46,071 nucleotides of DNA from Planctomycetia bacterium. Its GTDB lineage: Bacteria; Planctomycetota; Planctomycetia; Pirellulales; UBA1268. The translations under genes were made by a program, and so were the position numbers. Positions 9,495 to 20,100 of this stretch are shown piece by piece. The DNA is taken from the NCBI GenBank assembly GCA_009922585.1, contig RFVE01000001.1, positions 1-46,071 of the forward strand, in the 5' to 3' direction. Each line of letters begins with the position of its first letter. Position 1 is the first letter of the stretch. The notes below the pieces were generated by a model. It was not told where the DNA came from and ran no database searches. It worked only from the letters and a program-made list of their open reading frames with translations.

Positions 9495-10472
9495 ATGCAG
9501 GTTGGACAGATTCGGTTTCGAGTGTTTTTTCTGCTGGCCTTACTGGTAGGCCTGTTTGCGACGACCGCAGGACAAGCCGCCGGCTATCGCACCGCCAACT
9601 TCGTCATTGAGGCACCTTCTGACCAGCTGGCCAGGCGGATTGGCGACGCTGCTGAACAGTACCGCCACGATCTGGCAGTCGAATGGACCGGCCAGCCGCT
9701 ACCACGCTGGAGCCGCCCCTGCCCGATCACCGCGCAAGTCGCCCCAAACCTTGGTGCTGGCGGCGCAACGAGTTTCGTCTTCGACCGCGGTGAGGTCTTC
9801 AACTGGACAATGTCCATCCAGGGCAGCGAAGAGCGAATTCTCGACTCGGTGCTACCCCATGAGATCACCCACACGATTTTTGCCAGCCATTTTCGGCAGC
9901 CGCTTCCCCGCTGGGCCGACGAAGGCGCCTGCACCACGGTCGAACATCCCGTTGAGCGGGCCCGTCAGCACCGGATGCTGATTGAGTTCCTGCGGACCGG
10001 CCGCGGCATCGCCTTTCCCGAGATGTTTGCCATGCGGGAGTATCCCGCCGACGTGCTGCCGCTCTACGCCCAGGGCTATTCCCTGGCGCGTTACCTGATT
10101 GAACGCGGCGGCCGCCGTCGCTATGTCGCCTTCGTCGGAGATGGCCTTGATAGCAACGATTGGGCAACCGCTCTTGGCCGGCACTATGGCGTGGGCGACC
10201 TGGCCAATCTGCAACAGACCTGGCTCGACTGGGTGAAGAAGGGCTGCCCAGCTCCACCGGCAGCCATCGCAGCTGTCATTTCCGAACCCGCCACGTGGTC
10301 ACCAACCACCCGAGGCCAGAGCCCCGACCCCGCACCAAGCCGGCAGCCAAGTCCCGAACGGCTGGCCACAACCACCAGCCGCCAGTCGATCTACGTGCTG
10401 CAGGCTCGGCGGACCCAGCGTCAGGGCAGCAGCAGCCTGGCGACCGAGCCGGCCCCGGTCAGCCGCCCGTGA
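9495..10472 (+). CDS. secreted protein with HExxH motif (putative zinc metallopeptidase-like)
   Basis: Signal peptide (FFLLALLVGLFATTAGQAAG), LPHEITHTIF (HExxH) with a downstream WADEGA glutamate, and a P/S-rich C-terminal tail. Peptidase activity is inferred only. Confidence 0.55.
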   Translation: MQVGQIRFRVFFLLALLVGLFATTAGQAAGYRTANFVIEAPSDQLARRIGDAAEQYRHDLAVEWTGQPLPRWSRPCPITAQVAPNLGAGGATSFVFDRGEVFNWTMSIQGSEERILDSVLPHEITHTIFASHFRQPLPRWADEGACTTVEHPVERARQHRMLIEFLRTGRGIAFPEMFAMREYPADVLPLYAQGYSLARYLIERGGRRRYVAFVGDGLDSNDWATALGRHYGVGDLANLQQTWLDWVKKGCPAPPAAIAAVISEPATWSPTTRGQSPDPAPSRQPSPERLATTTSRQSIYVLQARRTQRQGSSSLATEPAPVSRP

Positions 10473-11415
10473 CCAGCACCGTCATGTGGTAGAAGACCGG
10501 AGCAGCGAAGCAGATCGAATCGATCCGGTCGAGCACACCACCGTGGCCGACGACAAGAGTGCCATAATCTTTGACGCCGCGGTCCCGCTTGATGGCTGAC
10601 ATTGTCATGCCACCGGCGAAGCCCATCACGGCCACGACGAGGCCAGCCACCGCCGCCTGCCAGGGCTGGTAGGGAGGCGCTGCCCACCAGAGCACCGCGG
10701 CCAACAATGCCGTGCTGGTCGCACTGCCCAGCAGGCCCTCCCAGGTTCGGCTGGAACTGACCGCCGCCGCCACCAGCCGCTGGCCCAGCACCCGGCTCCA
10801 GACGTACTGCATGCAGTCGGCAAACTGGACCAGCAGAATCAGGAAGAAGAGCAGCCGAAAGTTGGCATCCCGGCCGCCGGCAGCGGCTGTGGCGATCGGC
10901 AACTCAAGCAGCGCCGGGGCAAACGAAAGGCAGTAGACGCAGACGACAAGCCCGGCCTGAATTTTGGCAGTCCGCTCGAGGAATCGCTTGTAGTCACCCG
11001 CCACCGCCGAACGCGCCAGCACAAACAGGGTGGCATAGACCGGAAGGAAGACGCTGTAGATGTCGTACCGGTTCATTCCGACCAGTACGTAGTGCAGCGG
11101 CGTGAACAGAAAGAACACCCAAAAGAGTGCGCGGTGGTCTCCCTTGCGGGTCGGCGTCAGCGTGATGAACTCGCGCAGAGCCCAGAACGAGACCAGCCCA
11201 AACAGCGTCACCGTGGCAGTCGACCCCAGCCAGAAGGCTGCCGCCAACACGCTACAGAGGATCCACCAGCCCCGGATCCGCAGGTTAAAGGTTCGCACGG
11301 CTGCCGGATCAATTCCCCGGTCAGGGTGCCGCTTGAGAAATTGGCCTACAGCAGTGACCAGCAGCAATAGCAGCAGCACGCCGGCAATCAGAGCGATGGT
11401 ACGAATATCGTTCAC
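10459..11415 (-). CDS. cdsA: phosphatidate cytidylyltransferase (CDP-diglyceride synthase)
   Basis: Polytopic membrane protein with the C-terminal CDS signature SAIKRDRGVKDYGTLVVGHGGVLDRIDS. GTG start. The convergent 14-nt overlap with the previous gene is at the 3' ends. Confidence 0.85.
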   Translation of the reverse strand: MNDIRTIALIAGVLLLLLLVTAVGQFLKRHPDRGIDPAAVRTFNLRIRGWWILCSVLAAAFWLGSTATVTLFGLVSFWALREFITLTPTRKGDHRALFWVFFLFTPLHYVLVGMNRYDIYSVFLPVYATLFVLARSAVAGDYKRFLERTAKIQAGLVVCVYCLSFAPALLELPIATAAAGGRDANFRLLFFLILLVQFADCMQYVWSRVLGQRLVAAAVSSSRTWEGLLGSATSTALLAAVLWWAAPPYQPWQAAVAGLVVAVMGFAGGMTMSAIKRDRGVKDYGTLVVGHGGVLDRIDSICFAAPVFYHMTVLVTGG

Positions 11416-11437
11416 GGTCAGACCGCCCAGCGGCCGG

Positions 11438-12106
11438 CTACTCCTTCAGCGACAGGACAGCCCGTCGAGCCCGGGCCAGAAAATCGAGTTTGGCCTCGTC
11501 CCGCTCCAGCCAGAGCGGCGGTCCAAAACTGATGCACGATAGCAGCGGCACGGGCAGGAACTCTCCCCGCGGCAGCACGCGGTTGAGGTTGTCGATGTGT
11601 ACCGGAATCAGCTCGATGTCGGGCCGCTTCTTGGCGAGGTAGTAGAGTCCACTTTTGAACTCCCCAACCTCACCCGTCACGCTGCGGCTGCCCTCGGGAA
11701 ACACGATTAGTGAGAAGTTCGTGCCCGCCTCGCGCAGCATCAGATCAACGGGGCTTTGATGGACCTTGATGTCGGTGCGGTCGATAAGAATCGCATCGAA
11801 GACCTCCTGGGCCAGCCACCGCCGAACTACACCACCCGACCAATAGTCTTTGGCGGCCACCGGCCTGGTCACCTCCCGCACGGTCCGCGGCAGCGAGGCC
11901 CAGATCAGCAGGGCATCGAGGTGGCTGGTGTGATTGGCAAAGTAGACCCGCTGGCAGGTGTCAGGCTGGCTGGCAATCCAGCGTGCGCTTGCCCCGGCGA
12001 GCAACCTGGCAAGTCCGGCCAGCCCCAGCCCGGTCAGCCGGCACAGAGCGGTCCGGCTCACCGGTTGGGTGTGGGGGGGTGGCGACAGATCAGCAGGGGC
12101 GAGCAT
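11438..12106 (-). CDS. plsC: 1-acyl-sn-glycerol-3-phosphate acyltransferase (lysophospholipid acyltransferase family)
   Basis: HX4D motif FANHTSHLDALL and the FPEGSRS motif. Lies directly upstream of cdsA on the same strand. Confidence 0.8.
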   Translation of the reverse strand: MLAPADLSPPPHTQPVSRTALCRLTGLGLAGLARLLAGASARWIASQPDTCQRVYFANHTSHLDALLIWASLPRTVREVTRPVAAKDYWSGGVVRRWLAQEVFDAILIDRTDIKVHQSPVDLMLREAGTNFSLIVFPEGSRSVTGEVGEFKSGLYYLAKKRPDIELIPVHIDNLNRVLPRGEFLPVPLLSCISFGPPLWLERDEAKLDFLARARRAVLSLKE

Positions 12107-12150
12107 CGGAGGAGGTTGAAACTGTGATGGAAAACCGGGAGCCCACCGGC

Positions 12151-12825
12151 TCAGGGGGCTGAAACAAAAGGGTTGTACTTTTTCTCGTGACCGACGGTCG
12201 TCGGCTCTCCATGGCCGGGCAGCACGATGGCAGTGTCGGGAAGTGAATAGAGGTGTTCAACAATTCCCGCAGCCAGCGCGGCGAAATCACCGTCGGGAAA
12301 GTCGGTCCTGCCGATGCTCTCGTGAAACAGTATGTCGCCGGCGAAAACGAGCATCGGTTCGGTGGGAAACAGGAAGGCCACATGGCCCTGCGAATGGCCG
12401 GGAATCTCAACCACCGACGCCTCGAAGCCCCCAAACCCGACACCATCCCCATGCTTCAGCAGCGTATCCGCTGGCGGGCTGGTCACGGAAATCCCGTAGC
12501 CAGCGGAGAGGTTTGCGACCGGATCGGTCAGCTTTTCGGCATCTGCATGGCCGATCATGATCGGCAGCCGGGGCCAATGCTGCCGCAGCGGTGCCACCCC
12601 GGCAATGTGATCAGAGTGCCCGTGCGTCAGCCAGACAGCCTCTGGTTCGAGGCCGAGGCTGTCGAGCAACGAAATGATGGTGTCAGGCTCAAAACCGGGA
12701 TCAATCACCAGGCAGCCCGGTTGTGCGTCCCGCCGGATGATGTAGCTGTTTTCAGCAAACGGCTGCGACACCACTCGAAAGACCTCAAGCGGGCCAGCGA
12801 CAAGCAGCGGAGCGACAGAATCCAT
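12151..12825 (-). CDS. MBL-fold metallo-hydrolase (glyoxalase II-like)
   Basis: THGHSDHIAG (HxHxDH), plus the later GHSQGH and LPGHG motifs. 224 aa. Confidence 0.85.
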   Translation of the reverse strand: MDSVAPLLVAGPLEVFRVVSQPFAENSYIIRRDAQPGCLVIDPGFEPDTIISLLDSLGLEPEAVWLTHGHSDHIAGVAPLRQHWPRLPIMIGHADAEKLTDPVANLSAGYGISVTSPPADTLLKHGDGVGFGGFEASVVEIPGHSQGHVAFLFPTEPMLVFAGDILFHESIGRTDFPDGDFAALAAGIVEHLYSLPDTAIVLPGHGEPTTVGHEKKYNPFVSAP

Positions 12826-13214
12826 AGCGAGACGGGTTAGAAAGGGCGGCGGGTCGGGCAGACCCTCGATACTCTACCCGCAGGGGGACCAAAAACGGCA
12901 GGATTCCCCAAAAAACCTTCCGCCGGGCTTTTCAGAATAGGCATTTTTGCCATAGCCCGCCCCGGACTCGATCGCTACCGTTTCCCGACCAGTTGGTGGC
13001 CCGGTGGTATTTGCTGGACCGCCTCAGCCGATTGAAGTGGCTCGCCCGGTCGTTCGCATGGTGCGGATGAGGTGAGCCGCCACAAGAAAAGCAACGCCGC
13101 GGGTCTCCGCGGAGCGATAGACCAATGGAACAACATCGCCAGCCTGTCACCCCCGCGGCTCCGCGGCATCCGGCAGACAATGGTCATTCAAGCGATCCAA
13201 TGGAGGATTCTGGT

Positions 13215-14132
13215 ATGAGCGGATCTGGCACGCCTGCGTCGAGAGTACTGCCGCACCAAGTTCGGCGGCGTCGCAGCAGCTTCGTCTGGGCCCTGCTCCC
13301 CTGTCTCCTTGCCTCCGTGGTTACCGCGAACGAACCAGCCGAACAGCCAGGGCTGCTGCCCAATGGCGGAGCCGCCGAGGGCAATGTCGGGGCTTCTGAT
13401 GCGGTCGCCAACACCGCCCCTGGTCAGCATCCACTTGAGCCGGCCTTGGCGCTCGCCGCCAAGGGGCTGGCCAACGTCAAGGCCAACATTCAGGACTACT
13501 CCTGCACGGTGGTCAAGCGAGAGCGGATTAGCGGTGAACTAAAGCCACACGAGTACATGTTCGCCAAGATCAGGCATCAACCGTTCAGCGTCTATCTCTA
13601 CTTTCTCGCACCCGATAGCGTGAAGGGGCAGGAGGTAATCTACGTCGACGGCCGGAACGACGGAAACATGCTGGCCCATGCCGGCAGCGGCGTTCGGGCG
13701 ATGGTCGGCACGGTGTCACTGAAACCACAGAGCATGCTGGCGATGCAGGGCAATCGCTATCCGATTACGGAACTGGGCGTCGAAAATCTTGCCAAGCGAC
13801 TCGTCGAAGTAGCTGAGCATGACAAGCAGTTCGGTGAGTGCGAGGTGAACTTCTACCCCGAGGCCAAGGTCAACGGCCGGGTCTGCACCTGCGTGCAGGT
13901 GGTCCATCCGGTGCCGCGGCGAAACTTCCGATTTCATCTCGCCCGGGTCTACATCGATGATGAACTCCTGATTCCGATCCGCTACGAGGCCTACGACTGG
14001 CCGGCCGAGCAGGGCGGACAGCCGGTGCTGATGGAGGAGTACACCTACATGAACGTGAAGGTGAACAACGGCTTTACTGACGCCGACTTCGACCCCGCCA
14101 ACACCGCCTATAAGTTCAGCGCCACAAAGTGA
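13215..14132 (+). CDS. secreted DUF1571-like protein
   Basis: Signal-like RRRRSSFVWALLPCLLASVVTA. The core YSCTVVKRERISGELKPHEYMFAKIRHQPFSVYLYF...GNRYPITELGVENL resembles, from memory, the planctomycetal DUF1571 family. The ATG at 13215 follows GGAGG by 8 nt; the track start is 13125. Confidence 0.55.
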   Translation: MSGSGTPASRVLPHQVRRRRSSFVWALLPCLLASVVTANEPAEQPGLLPNGGAAEGNVGASDAVANTAPGQHPLEPALALAAKGLANVKANIQDYSCTVVKRERISGELKPHEYMFAKIRHQPFSVYLYFLAPDSVKGQEVIYVDGRNDGNMLAHAGSGVRAMVGTVSLKPQSMLAMQGNRYPITELGVENLAKRLVEVAEHDKQFGECEVNFYPEAKVNGRVCTCVQVVHPVPRRNFRFHLARVYIDDELLIPIRYEAYDWPAEQGGQPVLMEEYTYMNVKVNNGFTDADFDPANTAYKFSATK

Positions 14133-14161
14133 TGGCGTCCCGAGTTCATCCATCGAAAGAG

Positions 14162-14190
14162 GAGACAGTCGTTCGCTGTCTCAGCGAACG
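14162..14190. terminator. hairpin-forming sequence between convergent genes (possible bidirectional terminator)
   Basis: GAGACAG-tcgttcg-CTGTCTC (14162-14182), with the alternative pairing CGTTCGCTG-tct-CAGCGAACG (14170-14190). It overlaps the stop codon of the 2189-aa ORF and has no U-tract. Confidence 0.3.
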
Positions 14191-17100
14191 GGCTGTGAGA
14201 ACTGTCCGACAGCGGTGCGGGTAACCGATGAGGCCCCGGCAGGGCCATCCCGCCGATATTCGATCGTCTCTGCCTCGGCCGGTGAAATCTCAGGCCGCCG
14301 CTGTTCCTCAAGACCCCGCAGCCAACGCGTACCGAGCGTCACTGCCGTTGCAGCCACCACAACGAGGCCCGGCCAGAGTGGCTCGCGGTTGAGCAGCCAG
14401 GCGATCCCGCCGAGCCCAACCACTGCCGGCCACCAGCGCGAGGCAGCAGCAAAGGTTCGCCCTGGTCGCCGCGTCACCGACCACCAGCCGGCCGCACCCG
14501 CCAGAAACACCAACAGCGTGGCAGCCGTCCGCCCTGACTCATTGGCTGTGATCGCCACAAACCGAACCGTAATGGCAGGCTGCTCAGGTGCCGGCAACAG
14601 GGTGAGCCTAGACCAGCGTGAATCGTCGACCAAGAAACCACCGACGGAAGGCCCGTCATCACTTGCGGCAGGGAGACCTGATTCAACAACCGCCCAGGCC
14701 TCCAGTGGTGACAAGCCCGGCTGCCGCAGACTTCGAAAACGCTCGAAGCGTTCAGCAGCAACCGTCCCGCTGGGAGTCAGCCCGGCCAGCAACTTGTCGA
14801 TGGCCGCACCGGCCTCCCTACGAATGCGATTGGCTTCGATCGTTGTTGTCGTGCGGCCCGCACCTGCCACCCGCGGAGAGAGTCTTGCGGGATGGTCCAC
14901 CGTCCAGATCACCCGCTTCGTCGGCAAACCTGTCAGCATCGGCGGCTCAAACAGCACCGGTTCGCCCTCCATCACCTCGGTGCCGATCTCGCCAGCAAAG
15001 ACAGCCACGATCTCCCGGGGCCAGGGACTGGGCCGCAGTGTGATTGTCCAGACATCATCCGGCCCTTCACGGCCCGGCACTGCCGGCTGCACCTCTCTGC
15101 CATCAACCAGCAACTCAAACAGGCGAAAGCCTTCCGGAAGTCGCAGCCCCACTGCCGACCGGCTGGTCGTCAGATCAAAGCGACCAATACCCGACAGCCG
15201 GCCCCGCTCATCGATCACGATTTCAATGTCAGCCAATTCGACCGCTGCCTGGAAGCTCCCCGGTCGGACGGTCGCGACAGGACGATTGGTAGGCAACGGG
15301 CTGCCCACGCCTTCTCGCCGCAGTTCCGCTGACGGACGATCACCCGGGCCGCTCGTGCGATAGGACCAGGCTGCGTTATTCACCGGCAGGTCGATCCTCC
15401 AGGTTGCAACGCCAGTTGCTGCTTCAACTGCTACACCGGAGATCGGTTCAGCCTCGGCTGGCTGTTGCGTACCAGCAACACGTCCCGGGTTTTCCAGAGC
15501 CTCAAAAAACTCAGGGGATCCCTGACCGGCAGCATCCGACCAGAGCACCGAATAGGGGAGCCCCGCAGCCAACTCAGAGGAAACCAAGGGAACCGGCCCG
15601 GCGACCGGTAGCCGGCGGCCGCGACGGGCCTCGAGCCGCAACAGATAGCGACCAGGTCGGGGCCGTTGGATCACGAGCCGTTGGCTGCCGGAGGGCTCAG
15701 CGGTTCGCACCAGATCGACCGGCTGCCCGGCCGCCGCGGCTTCGCTTGTCTCTGGCTGCTCGCTCAGTTCACATGATTCAATCTCGAAGCCCGCTGGGAT
15801 CCTCAGTCTATCCTCGACCCAGACCGTCGCCCGGGCGTCGATCATTGCCTCGTAAACCAGTCGTGTATCCCGAGAACTGGTAAGAATTTCAATCTGCTGC
15901 CGACCGCGTACCGGTGTCGCCGACCGGGTCACCTCTAGCACAACCGGCTGCCGCTGGAGCGCCAGCGTTGGCATGTCGCTGTTACTCTCACCTGAAGTTC
16001 GTCTTCCGCTTCCGCGTGGCCCGGTGATCCCTGCTTCAAGGCTCGTCTCAATGACATCTACCGACCAACTGATGCCTGCAAACGAATCCTCCAGCAGGGG
16101 TGGAGCGGCGCTGCCTGGAAATCGAACCGTGAAATCGAGGTCGGCCGCTGTGGCCAGTAAGACCTCCCGGTGATCGACCCGCACACCGCGAAGCCAGACA
16201 TCGGGGAGGTCAACGACACCAACCGGACCAGCCAAGGGCATGCTGAACGGAATCTCAAACCGAGCCTCTCCCCGGACCGGTGTCTGACGGTCAACCCGGT
16301 AGACACCAGGACCGACCGATACCAGTTGATAATCGGCAGCCACACCAGCCGGCAGGTCTGCCGAATCGTTTCTGGCTGGACGTAATCGGGGATCGGCCTG
16401 CAACCAGATTGTCGGCAGGATCGCCTGCCCGGTATCGATGGTGAACTCCGCGATCAGGCGGCAACCGTCGGCATTCCAAGCAATGAGATTTCGGCTTTCG
16501 GCCTCCGGGACCGTTGAAACCAAGGTTCCCTCAGCGTCAACCGGCCGAATCAGCCGCAGCAGGCGGGCGGCCGGAAGCCGATAGCCCTGCTGGCCGGTGT
16601 CAGATGGACGGGACTCGGTTGCCGGCTGAAAGACCAGACCATTCCGTGACCACTCGCAGGCCAGCCTTCTGCCGACCGGGCTGGCGATCTCTGCGGCGGG
16701 CGGAATCAGACTCGTCTGAGGCGAAACCGGCAGCCGCACCTCGGCGACCTCAAGATCCCCGCGGCGGTTCCAAGCCGGCTCAAGCGGGATCGTCACGGTG
16801 TGCCGGCCGGCGGCTGGCAGCGGCACCGTCAACCTTCTCCGATCGGGTGACAGACTGGCCCGGACAACTCCACCATCCAGCCGCACGGGCAGTTCTGAGA
16901 ACCGGCTTTCGGTCGGTGACTGATCGAGCGAAAGAACGGTGGCAGCGTCTGATTCGACCAATAAATTGAGCCACCACACCTCCGGAGTACCGGCGGCCCG
17001 CCAGGCCTCGCGGGCCTGCGGCTCAACTCGGCAATCGAGCAGTCGCGCACCTGTTCGGCTGGCACCTGTTTCGACACCCGCAAGCAGCCGAAACAAGGGC

Positions 17101-20100
17101 TGTGGCACGAGCGCCGTCAGCCCCTCTTCAACCGGGGTGACAAACACTCGCAGCGGCATTTCCTCAGCTCCGGCTGGAGCAGGCAGCAGGATGGCGGCCA
17201 GCAGCAGCCCGCCAATTCCAACCGGCTTCGTGAGTCCACGCAGCCGCAGGATGGCCACAGTCACGGCCGCCCAAAGACCTGACCGCAGCAACATATCGAG
17301 GGGCTGTGGCACCCAGAGCGCAGCCACGGCCATCAAGGTGACCAGGGCAAGCAGTAGCCAACTCCATCGCCAGGGAATCTGCGTTGCCAATCCAGCCACC
17401 AGGAGGGCCACCAGCCCGGCGGCCATCACGAGGGTCAGCCGATCGACGAGCAGAAAGGAATGGCGTTCATAGCGACCGCCATTCGGCACGAATCGACGAC
17501 CCCGAAAAACCCGGTCGACACCAGGTTGCTGCTGGGGGTCTCGGGGCAATTCAGCTGCCCGCGCAACCCCACCGACCAGCCGGTTGCTCCAATCGGATTG
17601 CTGGCTAGCAACCTCGCGGTAGCCCCTGGGAATTGCAGCGATCGACAGGGTGTCAGGGAGTAACAACTGCCACTCCCGCAACAGTGTTGGGGCGTCAACC
17701 GTCGGCGTGTCGGTACTCAATCGCCAAAGCCCAAACTGTGGCGAGGTATTGGAAGCCGTTCGCACAAGCAGGGTGAGGCGGCGTCTTCCCGGTGGCAGGT
17801 AGATCGGCAGTTCGCCGGTCGGAGCGGCGAGGAGCGGCATTCGTTCACCAGCTACCGTGATCCCGAGGAGCCGATGATCGGCAGGGAGGCTCAGTTGAAT
17901 GCTTCGGCGACCATCGTTTTCAATATCGAAAGCCGTCTCAAATTCAGCCGCAGCAGAGGCGAAACATCGCACAGTTGTCCGCTCCTGCCAGACCCAGGCC
18001 CGAGCAACGGGTCGGGCCGCCACCGGTGCCGGCACCAGCATTGCGGCCGGTCTGCCCGGACCGTCACCACCAACCACCAGCATGTCGTACGACAATTCGG
18101 CGACCGTCTCGAGCGGTGTGTCGGAGTGCCGCTCGCGAGGTGGCAGTTCCGTCAACCGGCGGTTCTCGACCAAAGGACGTTCCTGCCCGACAGCCTGCAC
18201 AATCGCTTCACCAGTTGCCGAGACAGCAGCCTCGACCCAGGCAAGCGGCAGTGGGATCTCTTTGCTGAAAGGACGAGAAGCAGTGGCCCGTAGAGTTCCG
18301 ACCCCGACCACCGGTGGCGTCACCTCGATGCGGTACGACACTGCCGTTGGCCAACGAGTTGATGCAGGGCTCTCACGGCCAGCCCGATCGATCGGCTCTA
18401 ACCGCCGAGCAAAAACAGTCGCGTTTCCGGCCGCGAGGATTGACCACTCCAGCTCACCGACTGGCTCGGAGAAGTGCACTGTTACTGCGTCAAGCTGTCC
18501 CTGGATCGGCGTACAGATAAAGCTGTAGGTCTCGTTGAGCCGATCACCCCGGACGGTGAAGCGTGCCTGGGTCTGAACGTCCAGGGGCGGCCTCCGTCGC
18601 AACAGCTGAAAACCGCGTGGTGGCGTCAGCATTCCGCTGGCGATCCGCTGCCGCCAACTCTTCCCCTCACTGAGGGCAAGCAGCCGGGGTGGAAGCGTCT
18701 CTGGAGGAGCTTCTCCGGTTCCACCAAGCTCCTGCAGGGTGGTGTCGGAACTGGTCTGCAAATCAATCCAAGATCGACCAGGAACTTCGCCCGCCATCCT
18801 GATCATCTCGATATCGGCTGAGCTGAAACGACCTCCGGCAGGGATGGCAGCGCGGTGTCCGGTAATCCGCAGCCGCAGTTCCCGGTCAGTTGTCACCGCG
18901 GTGGGAAGGTCCAGAATGAGTCGATCGCCCCGCCGTTCACGGACAACCTTCCACTCGTACCGCGGTCCCGCCGTTCCGACCGCTTCGCCCCGGGGGGCCG
19001 TAATTGCCGGGCGTTCACGCAGGGACTCAGGTGGTGATCCAGCTGCCTCAGCGGCTGGCTGCCCAAGCGGCTCGATCGAGTCGATGAACCAACCATCACC
19101 GACGAGCGCATCAAGCCGGTGGACGCTGCCCCGCCTCACCCGGATGTCAAAGGCCGCTCGACCGATGACCGCAGCGGTTGTCAGTTCGACCGTGGTAACT
19201 CTGGCGATATCGAGTTCGGGCCGTTGCGGAGCGACACGTACGTCAACAGTTGAACCGGGCTGTTGCAGCTCAAATGCGAAGGCCGCCCCGGGGGGCTGAG
19301 AACCGCTCTCAGTGTCCACCGGAAAAACGCCCGGATCAGGCAGCGGCCAGCGGGACGTCTCCTCGGGTGAAATTGGCAGGCAGCCGTCGGTATCGACGCC
19401 GATGCACTGCAGATCCGCTTCGACAGTTACCGCCAGTCCGCCACCAGCCCACTGCCAGTCTTCAATGGTGATTCCAGGGAGTCGGTTCGATTTGTTTTTC
19501 TGTCCCTGAGCAGTCAACACCGCCCGGAGTTGTAATGGCCACGGGCGTCCCAATGCTTCAACCGGAAGCCTGATTGCCAGTGACCCGTCCAGCACCGAAA
19601 GCAACTCGACGGAAAGCGGTTCACGCCCCTCGCCAGGCTGAACCGATAGCTCGGTCAGCTGCAACCGTGCCCCTCCACCAAACGTCAGCTCGCGGCTGGT
19701 CCATACTCCCGCTGGCATGATGACAGTCGTCAGTTCCTTCGCCCGGCGACCCAGATGGGCCCTCGACCAGAGAAACAACCGTGGGCTCGTCGCTGCCGCT
19801 ACGGTGATCTCCACTGCGTCCCGCGGGCCAAAAGAAAACTCCCAGATTCTGCGATTTTCACCAGCCACCATTGTCGGCTTTGGCCTTTCCGAGCGGCCTC
19901 GAAAACCGGGTATTCGCGGCTCAAGGCCGGCGGGCAGATCAAGGAAAAGCGTCGTTGATAAGGCGGGGAGCAGGGGCAGGCGATAGGAGAACTCCGGCTG
20001 CCCGCCTGCCAGCGGGACGGCCTGAACCTGAGGCTGCAGCCCACGTATTGGCCGGGCGGAAACTGCGGCGGTCACGGTTCCGGGGCCTGGCACCCGCAGT

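Noticed and set aside
14215-15363. Long plus-strand ORFs antisense to the giant genes: 14215-15363 (382 aa) and 23049-24224 (391 aa), plus many shorter ones.
   Set aside because: The translations are S/R/P/T/A-rich and low in complexity, with no motifs. They lie entirely inside much longer opposite-strand ORFs. This is typical of open antisense frames in high-GC DNA.
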